DNA from: Vampirovibrionaceae bacterium NZW_1234
Lineage (GTDB): Bacteria; Cyanobacteriota; Vampirovibrionia; Vampirovibrionales; JAGQHJ01
Direction: 5' to 3'
Length of the DNA stretch: 64,000 bases
Assembly: GCA_041697335.1 (NCBI GenBank)
Contig: JBGUGD010000038.1
Location: 1 to 64,000, forward strand
In this document: positions 39,381 through 50,404 of the stretch, in pieces
Position numbering within the stretch: position 1 is the first letter of the stretch
How the letters are laid out: every line of letters begins with the position of its first letter
Position numbers and translations under genes: made by a program
Notes under the pieces: generated by a model
The model's database searches: none
The model's input: the letters and a program-made list of their open reading frames with translations, nothing else
Told to the model about the DNA's origin: nothing

Positions 39381-42300
39381 CTAGAAGTTCCGGAACGGAA
39401 TGAAGGAAGCGCCATTACCGTTGCCGCCGAGGCCGCCTTGACCCAAGAAGGAGAAGGGACCACCAGGCAGGTTAATGGTATTGCCTTTGAATTCGTTCTG
39501 AATTTGAGTGGCGATCCGAGAGCCCAAGCTGCCAGCCAGGTTTCTCAGCTTACCAGAATCATCATCATCCGGAACGTTAACGAAAGCCGCACCGCCAGGA
39601 GTGATAAGGAGAATCACCTTACCTACGCCAATGGCATCGGGCAGCTTCACGTAAGCTAAGCTGTCGCCCGGCAGAGCCACATCGATGTCACCGAACGGCG
39701 ACAGGTTGTTGCCGACGAACTGAACGCCCGGGGCGGTCAATCTATCTGCAGCGCTGGTGGCGCCACCGGTAAAGTAGATGTCATTACCGGCGTTCATCAC
39801 CACGTTCTCGAAGGCCGCACCGCTATCCGAGAAAGGAGTCGATTCCTGGACGGAGAACAAGGTGTTGAAGGTCAGATCCAGCGGATTACCCGTCAGAACC
39901 ACCCGACCAATGGTGATGGTGGTGTTGGTGAACTGATCCCCGATGAAGAGGTCGTTGACATTGGCAATGTCAAAGGCCAACTGAGGCAGTTGCAACACGC
40001 CGGTTCCGCCACCCACACCGATGGTGGTGGTGGGGTTGAAGGCGGCATAACTCAAGAAGTCGGAGTTAATGGATCCGCCCAGGAAGAGCATATTGTCTGA
40101 CTTCAGCGCCACTCGGCCAGTCAAGAGGTTAGAGTTGATGGTGGTGGTCGGCGCCAGGGTTAACAGGCCGGTGGAGCCTTGAATGGTGACATCAACCGAG
40201 GTGTCGCCTTGGAGCAGGCCTGCCAGGGTAATGTTGCTGTCATTCAAGGTCTTAACGGTGGCTGTTGTAGCGCCTTGAACCGTACTGCCATCGCTCAACA
40301 GGATATCCGAGAGGCTACCGGCAGTTTGAACCAGAATGCTTCCTGTGGTGCTTTCGTTGCTGCCACCCAGGGTAATACCACTGTTGTTACCCACGGTGTT
40401 GAACGAGACAGGACCATTGGCTTCAACGCTGGAGCCCGCTACCTGATTGATAGTCGAGCCGGTACCAAGCGTGATGATTGCGAAACTACCATCGCTGGTA
40501 ATATTGGCTGTTGAGCCAAGGGTCACAGGAGCATCGCTACCAACAGTGGTGATGTTCACCGAGTTGCCATTGTTGGTAATGTCACCGTTCAAGGTGATCG
40601 ACGCATTGCTACCGATGGTCAGCAAATTCACACCCGTGTCAGCCGTGATGGTGTTAGTTGCACCGGTTTGGATGGTTGACCCAGAGCCTATAGTTGTCAG
40701 GCTGACGCCAGAGTCAGTCGCTGTCACAGTACCGTTCAGGTCAATAGTGCTGTCGGAACCAATGGTTGTAAAGGAAATACCGTCATCGGCCGTGATGGAA
40801 GCCCCATCGGCTTGGGAGATACCGGAATTATTGCCAATGGTGAGCATTGTAACTTCGCCGTCAGTCGTCAGGCTACCGGCATTGATGTCGGATGTCGATT
40901 CCAGGGTTATCGCACTATTGGAACTAATTGTCGTTACCTCAACATCAGAGTGACCCTGGATGGAACCACCCAAGGTGATGCCGGAGTTAGCTCCAATCGT
41001 GGTTAACTCAACGGTATCAGCCTCAAGATTGCTCGTAGCGCTTGCGATAATCTCACTGTCAGCTCCGAGAGTGACGACATCGATATTATTGTCACTGGTC
41101 GTTGACCCATTCAAGATAATATCGCTATCTGTTGAGTAGGTTAGGTAATCAACGCTGAGGGTGCCGCTGACGGTGGTTCCCGCTTGCTGGGTAATGTCGC
41201 CATCGGTGCCAAGGGTCACGATGTCAACATGAGCGGTCGAATTGATATTGGCGTTCAGATTGATATCACCTTCCCTTGCGGTCAATTCGACATTATTGGC
41301 ATCCACTTGCGTATCAACCACCAGATCCCCTTCAGCGTTTCCGTTGTCTGCGGTCACCGAAGGCTCGAAGGTGGTAATCGTCAGGTTGCCGGAGCCCAGG
41401 TTGGCATCCGTCTCCAAGGTCAAGCCATCCTTGTCATTCAGGGTGACGTGCCCCCCGTTGGTTGTGAGCGACAGCGTCGTTGTATCGACATTGAGGGCTG
41501 TGACATTACCGCCATTGGTATTGAAGTTCAAGTCGGAAGCCGTTAAATCACCAATGACCTGATCAATGTCACCGCTATCTTCAACGGTCAGGTTGACGGT
41601 AGCGCCGTTGACGTTGCCATCCAAGGTAATGCCGGATTCAGCATTGCCGTTGTCGGCCGTATTGGCACCGTGACCAGCGGTTACGGACAAGGTACCGGCA
41701 CCCACTTCGGCGCTGGTGATGGTCAAGCCATCTTTGTCAACCACGCTGGCATTACCACCGGCTGCACCACCCACGGTCGTATCAATGGTCAAGTTGGTGG
41801 TATCGACGTTGTGGAGGTCAATATCCCCACCTGTCGTGGTCAGGTTCAAGTTGGTAGCGACGACGGAGCTGCCCGGCTCATCGATGTCAAAGGTGCCGGA
41901 AAGCACGTTCAGGTTCACGGTCTGACCGGCCACATCCCCAATAATGGAGAGGTTGTTCTCGGTATTACCGTTATCGGCTGTAGCAGTAGTACTTTGAGCA
42001 TTGATGGTCAAGGTGCCGGTGCCGACATTAGAATTACCAACCTTCACGCCATCGGTATCGGTCACGGTTGCGTTACCACCGCTGGTGTTCACGGTCAAGG
42101 TTTCGGTATCCACATTGTTGGCTGTGACATTGCCGCCCGTGGTGCTGAAGTTCAAGTCGGTGGCCGTCAGGTTGCCCGAGCTTTGAACGATGTTGCCAGC
42201 GCCACTGTTGACGTTCAAGTTCACGGTCTGACCGTTCACGTTACCTGCCAGGGTCAGGTTGCCTTCCAGCAAGCTGACACCGTTATTGGCCGTGCTGCCA

Positions 42301-45300
42301 TTGAAGGCGTTGATGGTCAAGATGCCCGTGCCCACGTTGGCGTTGGTCACCCGCAAGCCATCCCGGTCACCAATGGTGGCCGAGCCGTTGTTCGTCAGCA
42401 CGCTCAGGTTGGTGGTATCCACATTGTTCAGGCTGATACTGCCACCGTTGGTGCTCAGGTTCAGTGTCACGGTCTCCAGCTCACCACCGGATTGAGAAAT
42501 CCCTTCCGTCGTGTTCAACACGTTCAGGTTGGTGGTCAGGGCATTCAGATTGCCATTCAGGGTCAAGCCCAACTCAGAGGCACCATTATTGGCCGCATTA
42601 CCGCCGTGAGCATTAATCGTGACAGTGCCCAGACCGGCATTAATCGTTCCGGTGGTCAAGCCATCGCTGTCGGTCAACGTGATGTTGGCCCCCAGCAAGC
42701 CCAGACCATTGGTCGTGTTTGCGGTCACATTGGCCACATCAATGTTGTTCAGGGTAATGGCCCCGCCATTGGTGTTCAAGGTCAGGTTGGTAGCCGTCAA
42801 GGCCCCTGCCGTCTGGTTGATTACGGCACCCGTACCGGCCAGAGAAACGTTGTTGCTCAGGTTGACGGTGGCCCCGTTCACGTTACCGGCCAGAGTAATG
42901 CCGGATTCGCCATTGCTGTTGTTGGCGGTTACGCCAGAGCGGTAAGCATTGACGGTCAAAGTGCCCGTGCCCACGTTGGCGCTGTTGATGGTCAGACCAT
43001 CCCGGTCGCCGAAGGTGGCATTGGCCCCACCGGAGCCGGCATTGGTGGTATCAATGTTCAAGAAGCGGGTATCCACGTTATTGGTGGTAATGGCCCCTTC
43101 GTTGGTGTCCATACTCAGAGTCGTGGCGGTCAGTCTGCCGGCCGTCTGGGTAATGCCGCTGCCGCTGTCGACCACGTTCAGGTTCACGTTCAGACCATTG
43201 ACATCCCCGGCTAGGGTCAGACCGGACTCGGCAACACCGTTGTCTGCCGCATTGCCATTGCCCGCCGTGACCGTCAAGGTCCCACCGGTGCCAACATTGG
43301 CACTGTTGATGGTCAGCCCGTCACGGTCGGTGATGGTGGCGTTGGCCCCTGCAGCTACACCGTTGTTGGTTCTCAAGGTCAAGGTGCTGGCGTCCATGTT
43401 GGTGATGGACACAGCGCCACCACGGGTCTGGACGTTCAGGTTGCTGGTGACTTCAAGGTCACCGCTGGCCTGAGATACGCCACCGGTTGTGCTCTTGATA
43501 TCAAAGGTCGCATTGTTGGCCTGGATATTGCCATCCAAGGTAATGCCGGATTCAGCGTTGCCGTTATCCGCAGTGGCCGTGCCGTGAGCGTTAATGGTCA
43601 GGTTACCCGCCCCTAAAGCAGAGTCACCCACAGTTAAACCATCTTTATCGGTCACGGTTGCGTTGCCGCCATTGGTGTTTACCGTCAAGGTGTCGGTATC
43701 CACGTTGTTGGCCGTCACGTTACCGCCGTTGGTGTTCAAACCTAATGAGCTGGAAACGATATCCCCAGCGGTCTGGGTGATATTGCCGGTTCCGTTCTGA
43801 ACCGCCAAGGTCACATTGTTGCTAGTCACATTCCCGGTGATGGCAATACCGCCGTTGTTATGATCCACAGCGGAAGCGCCCGCATTCAAGGTCAGGTTAC
43901 CGGAACCCAAAGACGCACCGATCAAGGTCACATTATCAACATCACTGACAGTGACATTGGCATTATCCGTGTTGATGTACAACGAATTGGTATCAACGTT
44001 GTTTAAGGTGATTGAACCGGTCTCCGAGAACAGGCTCAATTTGTCGGCAGAAATCTGACCGCCAGTCTGGTTGATTTGTCCGGAACCGTTTTCAATTTCT
44101 AAAGCAACGTCTTTACCTATCACGTTGCCGGCAATGGTCAACGATTCATTCTTATGAATTGCAGAATTAATGGCATTGGCAGCCTTAATTTCGATGTCAC
44201 TGGTTCCGGCATTGGCACTGTTAACGATTAAACCGTCATCGTCATAAACAGTAATGTTACCGCTGGCGCTGCCATTGACGGTGGACACGGTCAGGGTATT
44301 GGCGTCGATATTCGGCGTGTAGATTGCACCGCCCTGGGTGATCATGGTCAGGTCTGTGGCGTTAATATCGACTGTAAATCCCGAGGCAACAATGCCCCCA
44401 GTCCCGTTCTGGACATTCAAGCTCACATTTCCACCGGTCATATCCCCGGTAATGAAGATGCCGCCATTGCCATGCGAAACCGCAGACGCACCGGCATTGA
44501 TGGTCAGGTTACCGCTGCCCACATTGGCTCCAGTCACCGTAATCCCATCGATATCGGTAATGGTGGTGCTGTTGCCGGCACCGCTGTTAATGACCGACAA
44601 ATTATCGGCATCAATATTACCCAGGGTAATGTTGCCCCGAGGAATAGCGGGGGCCACGCCACCACTGTTGTTCAAGTCTGAAGAATTGATATTCAACGTC
44701 TCTGCACTGATCAAGCCGGTGCCGCCTTGGGTAATCGCCCCGCGGGAATCCAGATTGACCGTACCGGAAGCATTGGAAATAGAACCATCAATGGTCAACG
44801 TGCCCGGTTGAGCCGAACCATAAAGCGTTGTTGAGCCGGACTTAAAGCGGTAACCGGCCGTTAAATCGACGGTTTTTGTCCCGCTCCCTGCCGTGGCAAT
44901 GGTAGAGCCTTGACCCAGGGTCAAATTGTTACCGGCTCTCAAAGTAATGGTTTTCGCCGTCAGGAAGGTGCCCAGGTTGTCATTCACGATGATATTTTGA
45001 CCCGCTTGGGCAGTGAACGACTTGCCGGAGAGGGAAATACCAACCGTATTATTCGTAAACGTAATATTGTTGGTTGCACTTAACGTGGTGTCGGCATTGG
45101 CAGCGTTTAAGAAGCCCGCCCCGACGATATAGTCTCCACTGTAGCTAAAATCAGCCAGGCGAGTGAATCGCAAGCTGTTTTGCTGGTTTGCGTTACAACC
45201 CGGCCCAAGGACACAGGTTGGGATGTTGGTCGAACCGGAATTATCAATGGTCAGGTTCGTAGGATCCAACAACAGGGAACCCAGGGCGCCATTAGCGGCG

Positions 45301-46793
45301 GTCGTATCGACCAGACCCTGGAACAAGAGATTCTCTTTACCGGAGACTTCTACCAAGCCGCCATCGCCACTGGTGGCACCACCCTTGGCGCTAATGGAGC
45401 CCTGGAAGATCGTATCCCCATCGGACCAGAGAACGACTTGCCCGCCATTGCCGGAGTCAATGGCGTCGGCTTTCAAGGTGACACCCTCACCGACATAGGT
45501 GAAATCGCTATTCTTGATGTTGGGGTCTTGACCCATGTAGCTACCGCCAACGTTGATAGAACCGCCACCGGTTTGACCGGAAGCATCCACAACGGCGCCA
45601 TCGGTCATGGCAACGAATTGACCCAGGAAGTTAATGGCACCGCCATCGCCTTCCGTCCCGGCCGCCAGCAATTGACCGCCTTCATTCAAGGCCGCCTGAC
45701 CTTCCACATGGATCGAGCCGCCGGTGGTGCCGCTGGCATCCACCAGGCCGGTATTCTTGATGATGCCGGAACCATCGGCAATCAACTCAACCGTGCCGCC
45801 CGCACCGTCAACCACTTTATTGGCAATAATCCGGCCGGAGTTGTTCACAATGACATCCAGCACGGACTCTTTCAAGGCAGCTGCCATGATTTTCACGGCT
45901 TCAGCCGACAGGGTTCCGTTGTTGGTAATCAACGTCGTGGCTTGATCCAATTGATCCTGGACCGCCTCATCAATGGTAAACCCAATCAGGTCAGAGCCCA
46001 ACTGAATCCGATCGCCCACGGCAATCTGGATGCGCCCGGCGGTCACATTACCGCTGTTGACAAACGAAGAGGCCAGGAACGATGCCGAGCCTCCGTTAGC
46101 GATATTGATGTTTGCGCCGTCTTCAATTTTAATCTGGCCGAGGCCGGAACCGACGGCCCGGGAGAATTCGTACTGCCCGGACAAGAACTTGTGGTTGGCA
46201 ATATCCAGCGTGGACGCAACCAGGCCGGATACGGAGATTGCTGCACCTTGCCCAAAGAGAACACCGGCCGGGTTAATCAGGAACACGTTCCCGTTCGACT
46301 GGATGGACCCGTAAATCTGGGACATTTGACCGCTCAAAACGCGGTTCAAAATGGTGGAGTTGCTTCCAGGAAGATTAAATTTGACGGTCGCTGCTGACCC
46401 GACGTCAAAGGTATTGTAGTTAACGATAGACTGCTGTGCACCTGTGGAGACTTGGAGTACATTGCCGGTTTGGGAAAACACGTGATTCCCCGAGACAGAC
46501 TGGAAGCCTGTAGGCAATGCATTGGAATCGAGCGCCATGGATTGTGACGTCAAAAGCGATACCCCTGCCATGGTTGCCAACATGGCCATCTTCACGGAAG
46601 CGGCCGGGGTGGCGTATGCGGCATTCAACATGCCGAACAACTCAGCAATCATGTGGTTAATGTCATCCACATGGGTGGTAAAGGTTCTGAGTTTCCCATT
46701 CAGGTAGTAGAAAAACCGGTGTTTGTTTTTCGCGTCACGGAAGATTTGAGACGGTTTCAGCAGCAGTTTGGTATTCAAGGCGCAGTACTCCAC
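39381..46793 (-). CDS. two-partner secretion exoprotein (TpsA, filamentous haemagglutinin-like adhesin)
   Basis: TPS domain (LPTG, ILNRV, SQIYGSIQSNGNVFLINPAGVLFG), GGLVEVSG and GSLLLDP motifs, then long T/N/G-rich beta-helical repeats; the start may be downstream (MIAELF or MLNAAY). Confidence 0.92.
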   Translation of the reverse strand: MEYCALNTKLLLKPSQIFRDAKNKHRFFYYLNGKLRTFTTHVDDINHMIAELFGMLNAAYATPAASVKMAMLATMAGVSLLTSQSMALDSNALPTGFQSVSGNHVFSQTGNVLQVSTGAQQSIVNYNTFDVGSAATVKFNLPGSNSTILNRVLSGQMSQIYGSIQSNGNVFLINPAGVLFGQGAAISVSGLVASTLDIANHKFLSGQYEFSRAVGSGLGQIKIEDGANINIANGGSASFLASSFVNSGNVTAGRIQIAVGDRIQLGSDLIGFTIDEAVQDQLDQATTLITNNGTLSAEAVKIMAAALKESVLDVIVNNSGRIIANKVVDGAGGTVELIADGSGIIKNTGLVDASGTTGGSIHVEGQAALNEGGQLLAAGTEGDGGAINFLGQFVAMTDGAVVDASGQTGGGSINVGGSYMGQDPNIKNSDFTYVGEGVTLKADAIDSGNGGQVVLWSDGDTIFQGSISAKGGATSGDGGLVEVSGKENLLFQGLVDTTAANGALGSLLLDPTNLTIDNSGSTNIPTCVLGPGCNANQQNSLRFTRLADFSYSGDYIVGAGFLNAANADTTLSATNNITFTNNTVGISLSGKSFTAQAGQNIIVNDNLGTFLTAKTITLRAGNNLTLGQGSTIATAGSGTKTVDLTAGYRFKSGSTTLYGSAQPGTLTIDGSISNASGTVNLDSRGAITQGGTGLISAETLNINSSDLNNSGGVAPAIPRGNITLGNIDADNLSVINSGAGNSTTITDIDGITVTGANVGSGNLTINAGASAVSHGNGGIFITGDMTGGNVSLNVQNGTGGIVASGFTVDINATDLTMITQGGAIYTPNIDANTLTVSTVNGSASGNITVYDDDGLIVNSANAGTSDIEIKAANAINSAIHKNESLTIAGNVIGKDVALEIENGSGQINQTGGQISADKLSLFSETGSITLNNVDTNSLYINTDNANVTVSDVDNVTLIGASLGSGNLTLNAGASAVDHNNGGIAITGNVTSNNVTLAVQNGTGNITQTAGDIVSSSLGLNTNGGNVTANNVDTDTLTVNTNGGNATVTDKDGLTVGDSALGAGNLTINAHGTATADNGNAESGITLDGNIQANNATFDIKSTTGGVSQASGDLEVTSNLNVQTRGGAVSITNMDASTLTLRTNNGVAAGANATITDRDGLTINSANVGTGGTLTVTAGNGNAADNGVAESGLTLAGDVNGLNVNLNVVDSGSGITQTAGRLTATTLSMDTNEGAITTNNVDTRFLNIDTTNAGSGGANATFGDRDGLTINSANVGTGTLTVNAYRSGVTANNSNGESGITLAGNVNGATVNLSNNVSLAGTGAVINQTAGALTATNLTLNTNGGAITLNNIDVANVTANTTNGLGLLGANITLTDSDGLTTGTINAGLGTVTINAHGGNAANNGASELGLTLNGNLNALTTNLNVLNTTEGISQSGGELETVTLNLSTNGGSISLNNVDTTNLSVLTNNGSATIGDRDGLRVTNANVGTGILTINAFNGSTANNGVSLLEGNLTLAGNVNGQTVNLNVNSGAGNIVQSSGNLTATDLNFSTTGGNVTANNVDTETLTVNTSGGNATVTDTDGVKVGNSNVGTGTLTINAQSTTATADNGNTENNLSIIGDVAGQTVNLNVLSGTFDIDEPGSSVVATNLNLTTTGGDIDLHNVDTTNLTIDTTVGGAAGGNASVVDKDGLTITSAEVGAGTLSVTAGHGANTADNGNAESGITLDGNVNGATVNLTVEDSGDIDQVIGDLTASDLNFNTNGGNVTALNVDTTTLSLTTNGGHVTLNDKDGLTLETDANLGSGNLTITTFEPSVTADNGNAEGDLVVDTQVDANNVELTAREGDINLNANINSTAHVDIVTLGTDGDITQQAGTTVSGTLSVDYLTYSTDSDIILNGSTTSDNNIDVVTLGADSEIIASATSNLEADTVELTTIGANSGITLGGSIQGHSDVEVTTISSNSAITLESTSDINAGSLTTDGEVTMLTIGNNSGISQADGASITADDGISFTTIGSDSTIDLNGTVTATDSGVSLTTIGSGSTIQTGATNTITADTGVNLLTIGSNASITLNGDITNNGNSVNITTVGSDAPVTLGSTANITSDGSFAIITLGTGSTINQVAGSSVEANGPVSFNTVGNNSGITLGGSNESTTGSILVQTAGSLSDILLSDGSTVQGATTATVKTLNDSNITLAGLLQGDTSVDVTIQGSTGLLTLAPTTTINSNLLTGRVALKSDNMLFLGGSINSDFLSYAAFNPTTTIGVGGGTGVLQLPQLAFDIANVNDLFIGDQFTNTTITIGRVVLTGNPLDLTFNTLFSVQESTPFSDSGAAFENVVMNAGNDIYFTGGATSAADRLTAPGVQFVGNNLSPFGDIDVALPGDSLAYVKLPDAIGVGKVILLITPGGAAFVNVPDDDDSGKLRNLAGSLGSRIATQIQNEFKGNTINLPGGPFSFLGQGGLGGNGNGASFIPFRNF
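41340..44620 (-). repeat. about 11 intragenic repeats of roughly 85-95 aa in TpsA
   Basis: Recurring D(R/K)DGLT...GTLT(V/I)...ADNGNAESGITL.GNVNG unit; exact 29-bp DNA repeat at 41614-41642 and 43528-43556. Boundaries approximate. Confidence 0.85.
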
Positions 46794-46972
46794 ATTACTT
46801 AGGTATTACAAATATAGTGAGGCAATGTACATAATAGGATATCAATTCAAGAAATCAATATGATTTGAATAAATTATACATAGTTGTTTAAAAAATCGGA
46901 GGTGTGATTTTGATGTTACCTCGACTTTTGAAACGAAATTAATGTTTACAACTATCTTAAAAAAGCCCGCCA

Positions 46973-48772
46973 CTAGAAAATGCGACTTTCCAAACCGAAG
47001 TGGAGACGGGCAAATTCGTTGCTTGGAGCCACCCGAAGCAGCGGGAAGCCAAGGTCAAGACGAGCATTCAAGAAGCGAGTGACCTTTGCCCGCATCCCAA
47101 AGCCCGCACTCAGCAGGTAAGCATTGGGCTGGACAGAGCCGCTCAGGGCATTCACCCCGCTAAAGGCATAGTTGTCAAAGGCGCCACCGGCATCGGCAAA
47201 GGTTACAAACTCCAGGTTATCCCGTAATTTGTAGTCGCGAACCTTCAAATTCTCGGACAGAAAGTGCATGGGCATCCGCCATTCCGCACTCACTACGACC
47301 CCGGAGTCGCCAATCAAACGACCTTCGGAATACCCGCGAACCGTCGTGGCGCCACCCAGCTGGAATTGCTCCAAGGCAACCAGGGGATTGGGGGAATATT
47401 GTCCTAGGACCTTAAAGATACCGTAGGTAGGACCCACCAGCTTTTGCAGACGAACAATCGAACCGGTATATCTAAAGAACTGGCTTCCAGCCCCCGGACG
47501 ATTCCCGGAAGCAGGGCGGCTGCTCAGCGAATCGCTCCCCAGGCTGGCGTTGAACAAATCAACCCCGATGCCCAGTTCGTGGCGCATGAACAATTGGCCA
47601 TGCTTGTCATAGGAACGGAAGTTCAGGGCCGGGGTAATCACCCGCAGCCGGTCTTCGTTCAACTTGGTGCTGCTGGCAACGAACTCGGAGTTCTTGATGC
47701 CGAAGCCCAGGTCCGCCGTGAGGACCATTTTTTCAGTCCGCTTCAGCTCCTGGGAGATATAGGGCTGAATCAGGTTGGAGTTTCCACGCAATTTAACGTT
47801 ATTCTGGCTCAAATCAAAGTGGGTATGGGCGGTACTGATTCCCAGCTTGGTTCCGTGGGGGCCAAGGGGCAGTTCATAGCCGTTAATCACACCAAAGGAA
47901 CGCTTCGTAAAATAAGGGCTGATAAACCCGGTATCCGCCAGGCCAAAGACGTTGTTGTTGGTAAAGGTGGTCCCAATCCGGAACTGGCCGATGGGATCCC
48001 GGCCCAGGTTATCGAAGAAGGGTGCGGCGTGGAGGAAGAAGTTGTTCTTGGTGGGGGACAGAATCACCCGAGTTTCCCCAGGCTTCTCACCGGCCCGCAA
48101 GGTGGCCTGAAGGGCCAGATCCGGATTCTCGTTAATCCGGCGCAAGCTTCGTTGCAGGGGAGCCACCTGGAAAAGTTGTCCGGGCTTCAAGGCCACGCGA
48201 GGCACAATGGCAGCCCGGCGGAAGTACTTCACCTTCTCCAGGGAGACTTCGCTGACCACACCTTCATCGGCCCGAATGGTCAGAACGCCATCTTCAATCT
48301 TCTGGGGCGGAATAAAGACGAGGGTCGTAATATAGCCCCGGGATTCGTAGAGTTCCGTCAATTTGTCGGCCACATTTTCCTGGAGTTCCTGAAGTGAGCT
48401 CTCTTTATTCTCATAAGGGGCCACAATGGCTCTCACTTCTTCCTGGGACAAAACAGTAACGCCCTCGACATTGATTTTCTCAATCTTCAAAGGGCGTTTC
48501 AGACTGGGGTCCAGGCGGGGTTCTTCAATGGTACTTTTAATGGGGGCCGTGGTCTGCTCCGGAGACTTCTGCTGGTTGTCCAGAATGTCGACGGGGTTCA
48601 CCTTTTCCGGCTGATCCGTAATGGGACTGGTGACATCTTCCAGGATGGTACCTGAAAAGGTTCTCGGCACATTGGTACCAGGAACAAAGGTGCCTTGAGC
48701 ATTACTGGCATGCTGCAGCAAAAGAAAACCAACCAAACTGGCGGTAGAAATCAAGCGAGAATATTTAATCAA
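46973..48772 (-). CDS. two-partner secretion transporter (TpsB, ShlB/FhaC/HecB family)
   Basis: POTRA motif YESRGYITT..IPPQKIEDG, loop-6 motif LGGATTVRGY, C-terminal Phe. Confidence 0.93.
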   Translation of the reverse strand: MIKYSRLISTASLVGFLLLQHASNAQGTFVPGTNVPRTFSGTILEDVTSPITDQPEKVNPVDILDNQQKSPEQTTAPIKSTIEEPRLDPSLKRPLKIEKINVEGVTVLSQEEVRAIVAPYENKESSLQELQENVADKLTELYESRGYITTLVFIPPQKIEDGVLTIRADEGVVSEVSLEKVKYFRRAAIVPRVALKPGQLFQVAPLQRSLRRINENPDLALQATLRAGEKPGETRVILSPTKNNFFLHAAPFFDNLGRDPIGQFRIGTTFTNNNVFGLADTGFISPYFTKRSFGVINGYELPLGPHGTKLGISTAHTHFDLSQNNVKLRGNSNLIQPYISQELKRTEKMVLTADLGFGIKNSEFVASSTKLNEDRLRVITPALNFRSYDKHGQLFMRHELGIGVDLFNASLGSDSLSSRPASGNRPGAGSQFFRYTGSIVRLQKLVGPTYGIFKVLGQYSPNPLVALEQFQLGGATTVRGYSEGRLIGDSGVVVSAEWRMPMHFLSENLKVRDYKLRDNLEFVTFADAGGAFDNYAFSGVNALSGSVQPNAYLLSAGFGMRAKVTRFLNARLDLGFPLLRVAPSNEFARLHFGLESRIF

Positions 48773-49264
48773 CTCTTAGGACCCCAAGTTATTAACAGCT
48801 ATCAAACTATGGCACCGTGATAATACAAACACTGAGGCTTTGCAAACCCGAAGTTCGTGTTAAGAAATGTTAAGTTGCCCTGTTTTTACCGGCCACAGTG
48901 ATGAAGCCCTTGCTTCAAGGACTGCTTTGGGACTGATTGATTATGAAATGACAAATGTAGATTCTTAATGCAAATCCCACCATGCCACTCCTAAACAGAG
49001 GACCAACCTGCATTCACAGATCTGTCACCGTGGAGAAGATGCTCTATCAACATCATGGCAAGACCCAGACAACCCGAACACGTCCTTAATCCGTAAGGAC
49101 CTCAAACCCTCATTGTCGGTAACCACTTTAGGCCTATTATACATGGCGTTTGCAAAGACAGGCAAACCAAATCTATGGTTCTGAAAGCGCTCGCTTTATC
49201 AAGCAAAACAAGCAATCTCAAGCACAAACAAGGCCACTATAATTCGTAGAAAAAGCCTTGATAA

Positions 49265-50200
49265 TCAAATCGTTCTTTTCAGTCCGGGTAATTGGGCATT
49301 CTCGGGGAGGTACCCAATATCCATCAGCCCAAACCCTTTTTTAAACTCGCTGTAGCTTAACTGCATCACCTTGGAACCCAAATGGGGATTCAGCACTTTC
49401 ACGGTCTGATACGTCGGATCAATATCGAGAAGCGAGTAGGCGTGGGCATCCAGGACCTCTACCCGTTGCCCCGTCAGGGTCCTTACCTCTTTCCCGATAC
49501 CGTTGACGGAAACCGTCACCGTCTTCATATACGGTGCCAACTGATTCAAGAGGTCAGACACGTCGACCTTTTCAAAGTCAATGGTCTCGGGATGTTTTCC
49601 GGTGAGGGCATAATAACCGTTACCGGAGCCTTCCAGGGCCGCTTGCAGCGACGGGTATCTCAGGGCCTTGTCATGTAAAAACCAGTTTCTCGGGGTCGGA
49701 TCCGACTCCAGATAAACTCTCGGCACCGGCTGCTTTTCATGAAGGGCGCGGGCATATTCAAAAATCGGCACATACAGCGGGCCGATCGTTCCGGCATAGC
49801 CCAACTCCTCCAGGGCCTTCTTGCGGGACACGGGAATCTGAACCTGGGTGTCACCCCATTTGGCATGAAGCGTCACGATGAAGCGATCGGCATCGACCTG
49901 TCGGACGGCTTTCTCCAGGCGCCTGGCTTTGACCGGGTGTGTCGTCAGGCTGTTCAAAAACGCAACCTGGGGACAATTCCCCACATTGCGCTGGCCGCAC
50001 TGGCCTAGCACATGGGCTTTGGCGAAATCGTAATCCTTGCAGCGGCGGGTCAACACAATGGGCTCCGGGTCTTTATCCTCAGTGGGCAAGGGTGGCGAGG
50101 TTAATCCAAACCGCACGCTCGTCTGAAGTCCGGGGGGCATTGCCGGATAAAATCTGGCGAAATTCGTCTGTATCGGGGTCATAGTCACCAGGGCCTTCAT
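49265..50200 (-). CDS. calpain-like (papain-fold) cysteine protease with VRFG leader
   Basis: QRNVGNC (oxyanion Gln plus catalytic Cys), HAYSLL (His), VLNPH (Asn), YYALTG. Confidence 0.8.
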   Translation of the reverse strand: MKALVTMTPIQTNFARFYPAMPPGLQTSVRFGLTSPPLPTEDKDPEPIVLTRRCKDYDFAKAHVLGQCGQRNVGNCPQVAFLNSLTTHPVKARRLEKAVRQVDADRFIVTLHAKWGDTQVQIPVSRKKALEELGYAGTIGPLYVPIFEYARALHEKQPVPRVYLESDPTPRNWFLHDKALRYPSLQAALEGSGNGYYALTGKHPETIDFEKVDVSDLLNQLAPYMKTVTVSVNGIGKEVRTLTGQRVEVLDAHAYSLLDIDPTYQTVKVLNPHLGSKVMQLSYSEFKKGFGLMDIGYLPENAQLPGLKRTI

Positions 50201-50404
50201 GTCCTATACTCTCGTGCTGTATAAAATGCACTCAAGCATGGTTTTTGACAGTCCTTTTGAGAGCCGCCTGAGACCGTCATTTGATACCTCGAAATAAAGA
50301 TTAGGTCCGTGAGTGTCAATCCCTCGGGCGTGTGGCTTGACAGATGGCTGAGCGGGCTCAAAAATAGAAAAACGCATTTCAGAGAGTTGCAGAAGTCAAC
50401 CACT

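Noticed and set aside
39381..39700. TpsA as a CdiA contact-dependent toxin
   Set aside because: No VENN-type motif, no toxin-like C-terminus and no immunity ORF.
40179..48397. Long + strand ORFs (e.g. 41670..43214, 45180..46397, 47444..48397)
   Set aside because: Antisense shadows of tpsA/tpsB with no protein-like motifs.
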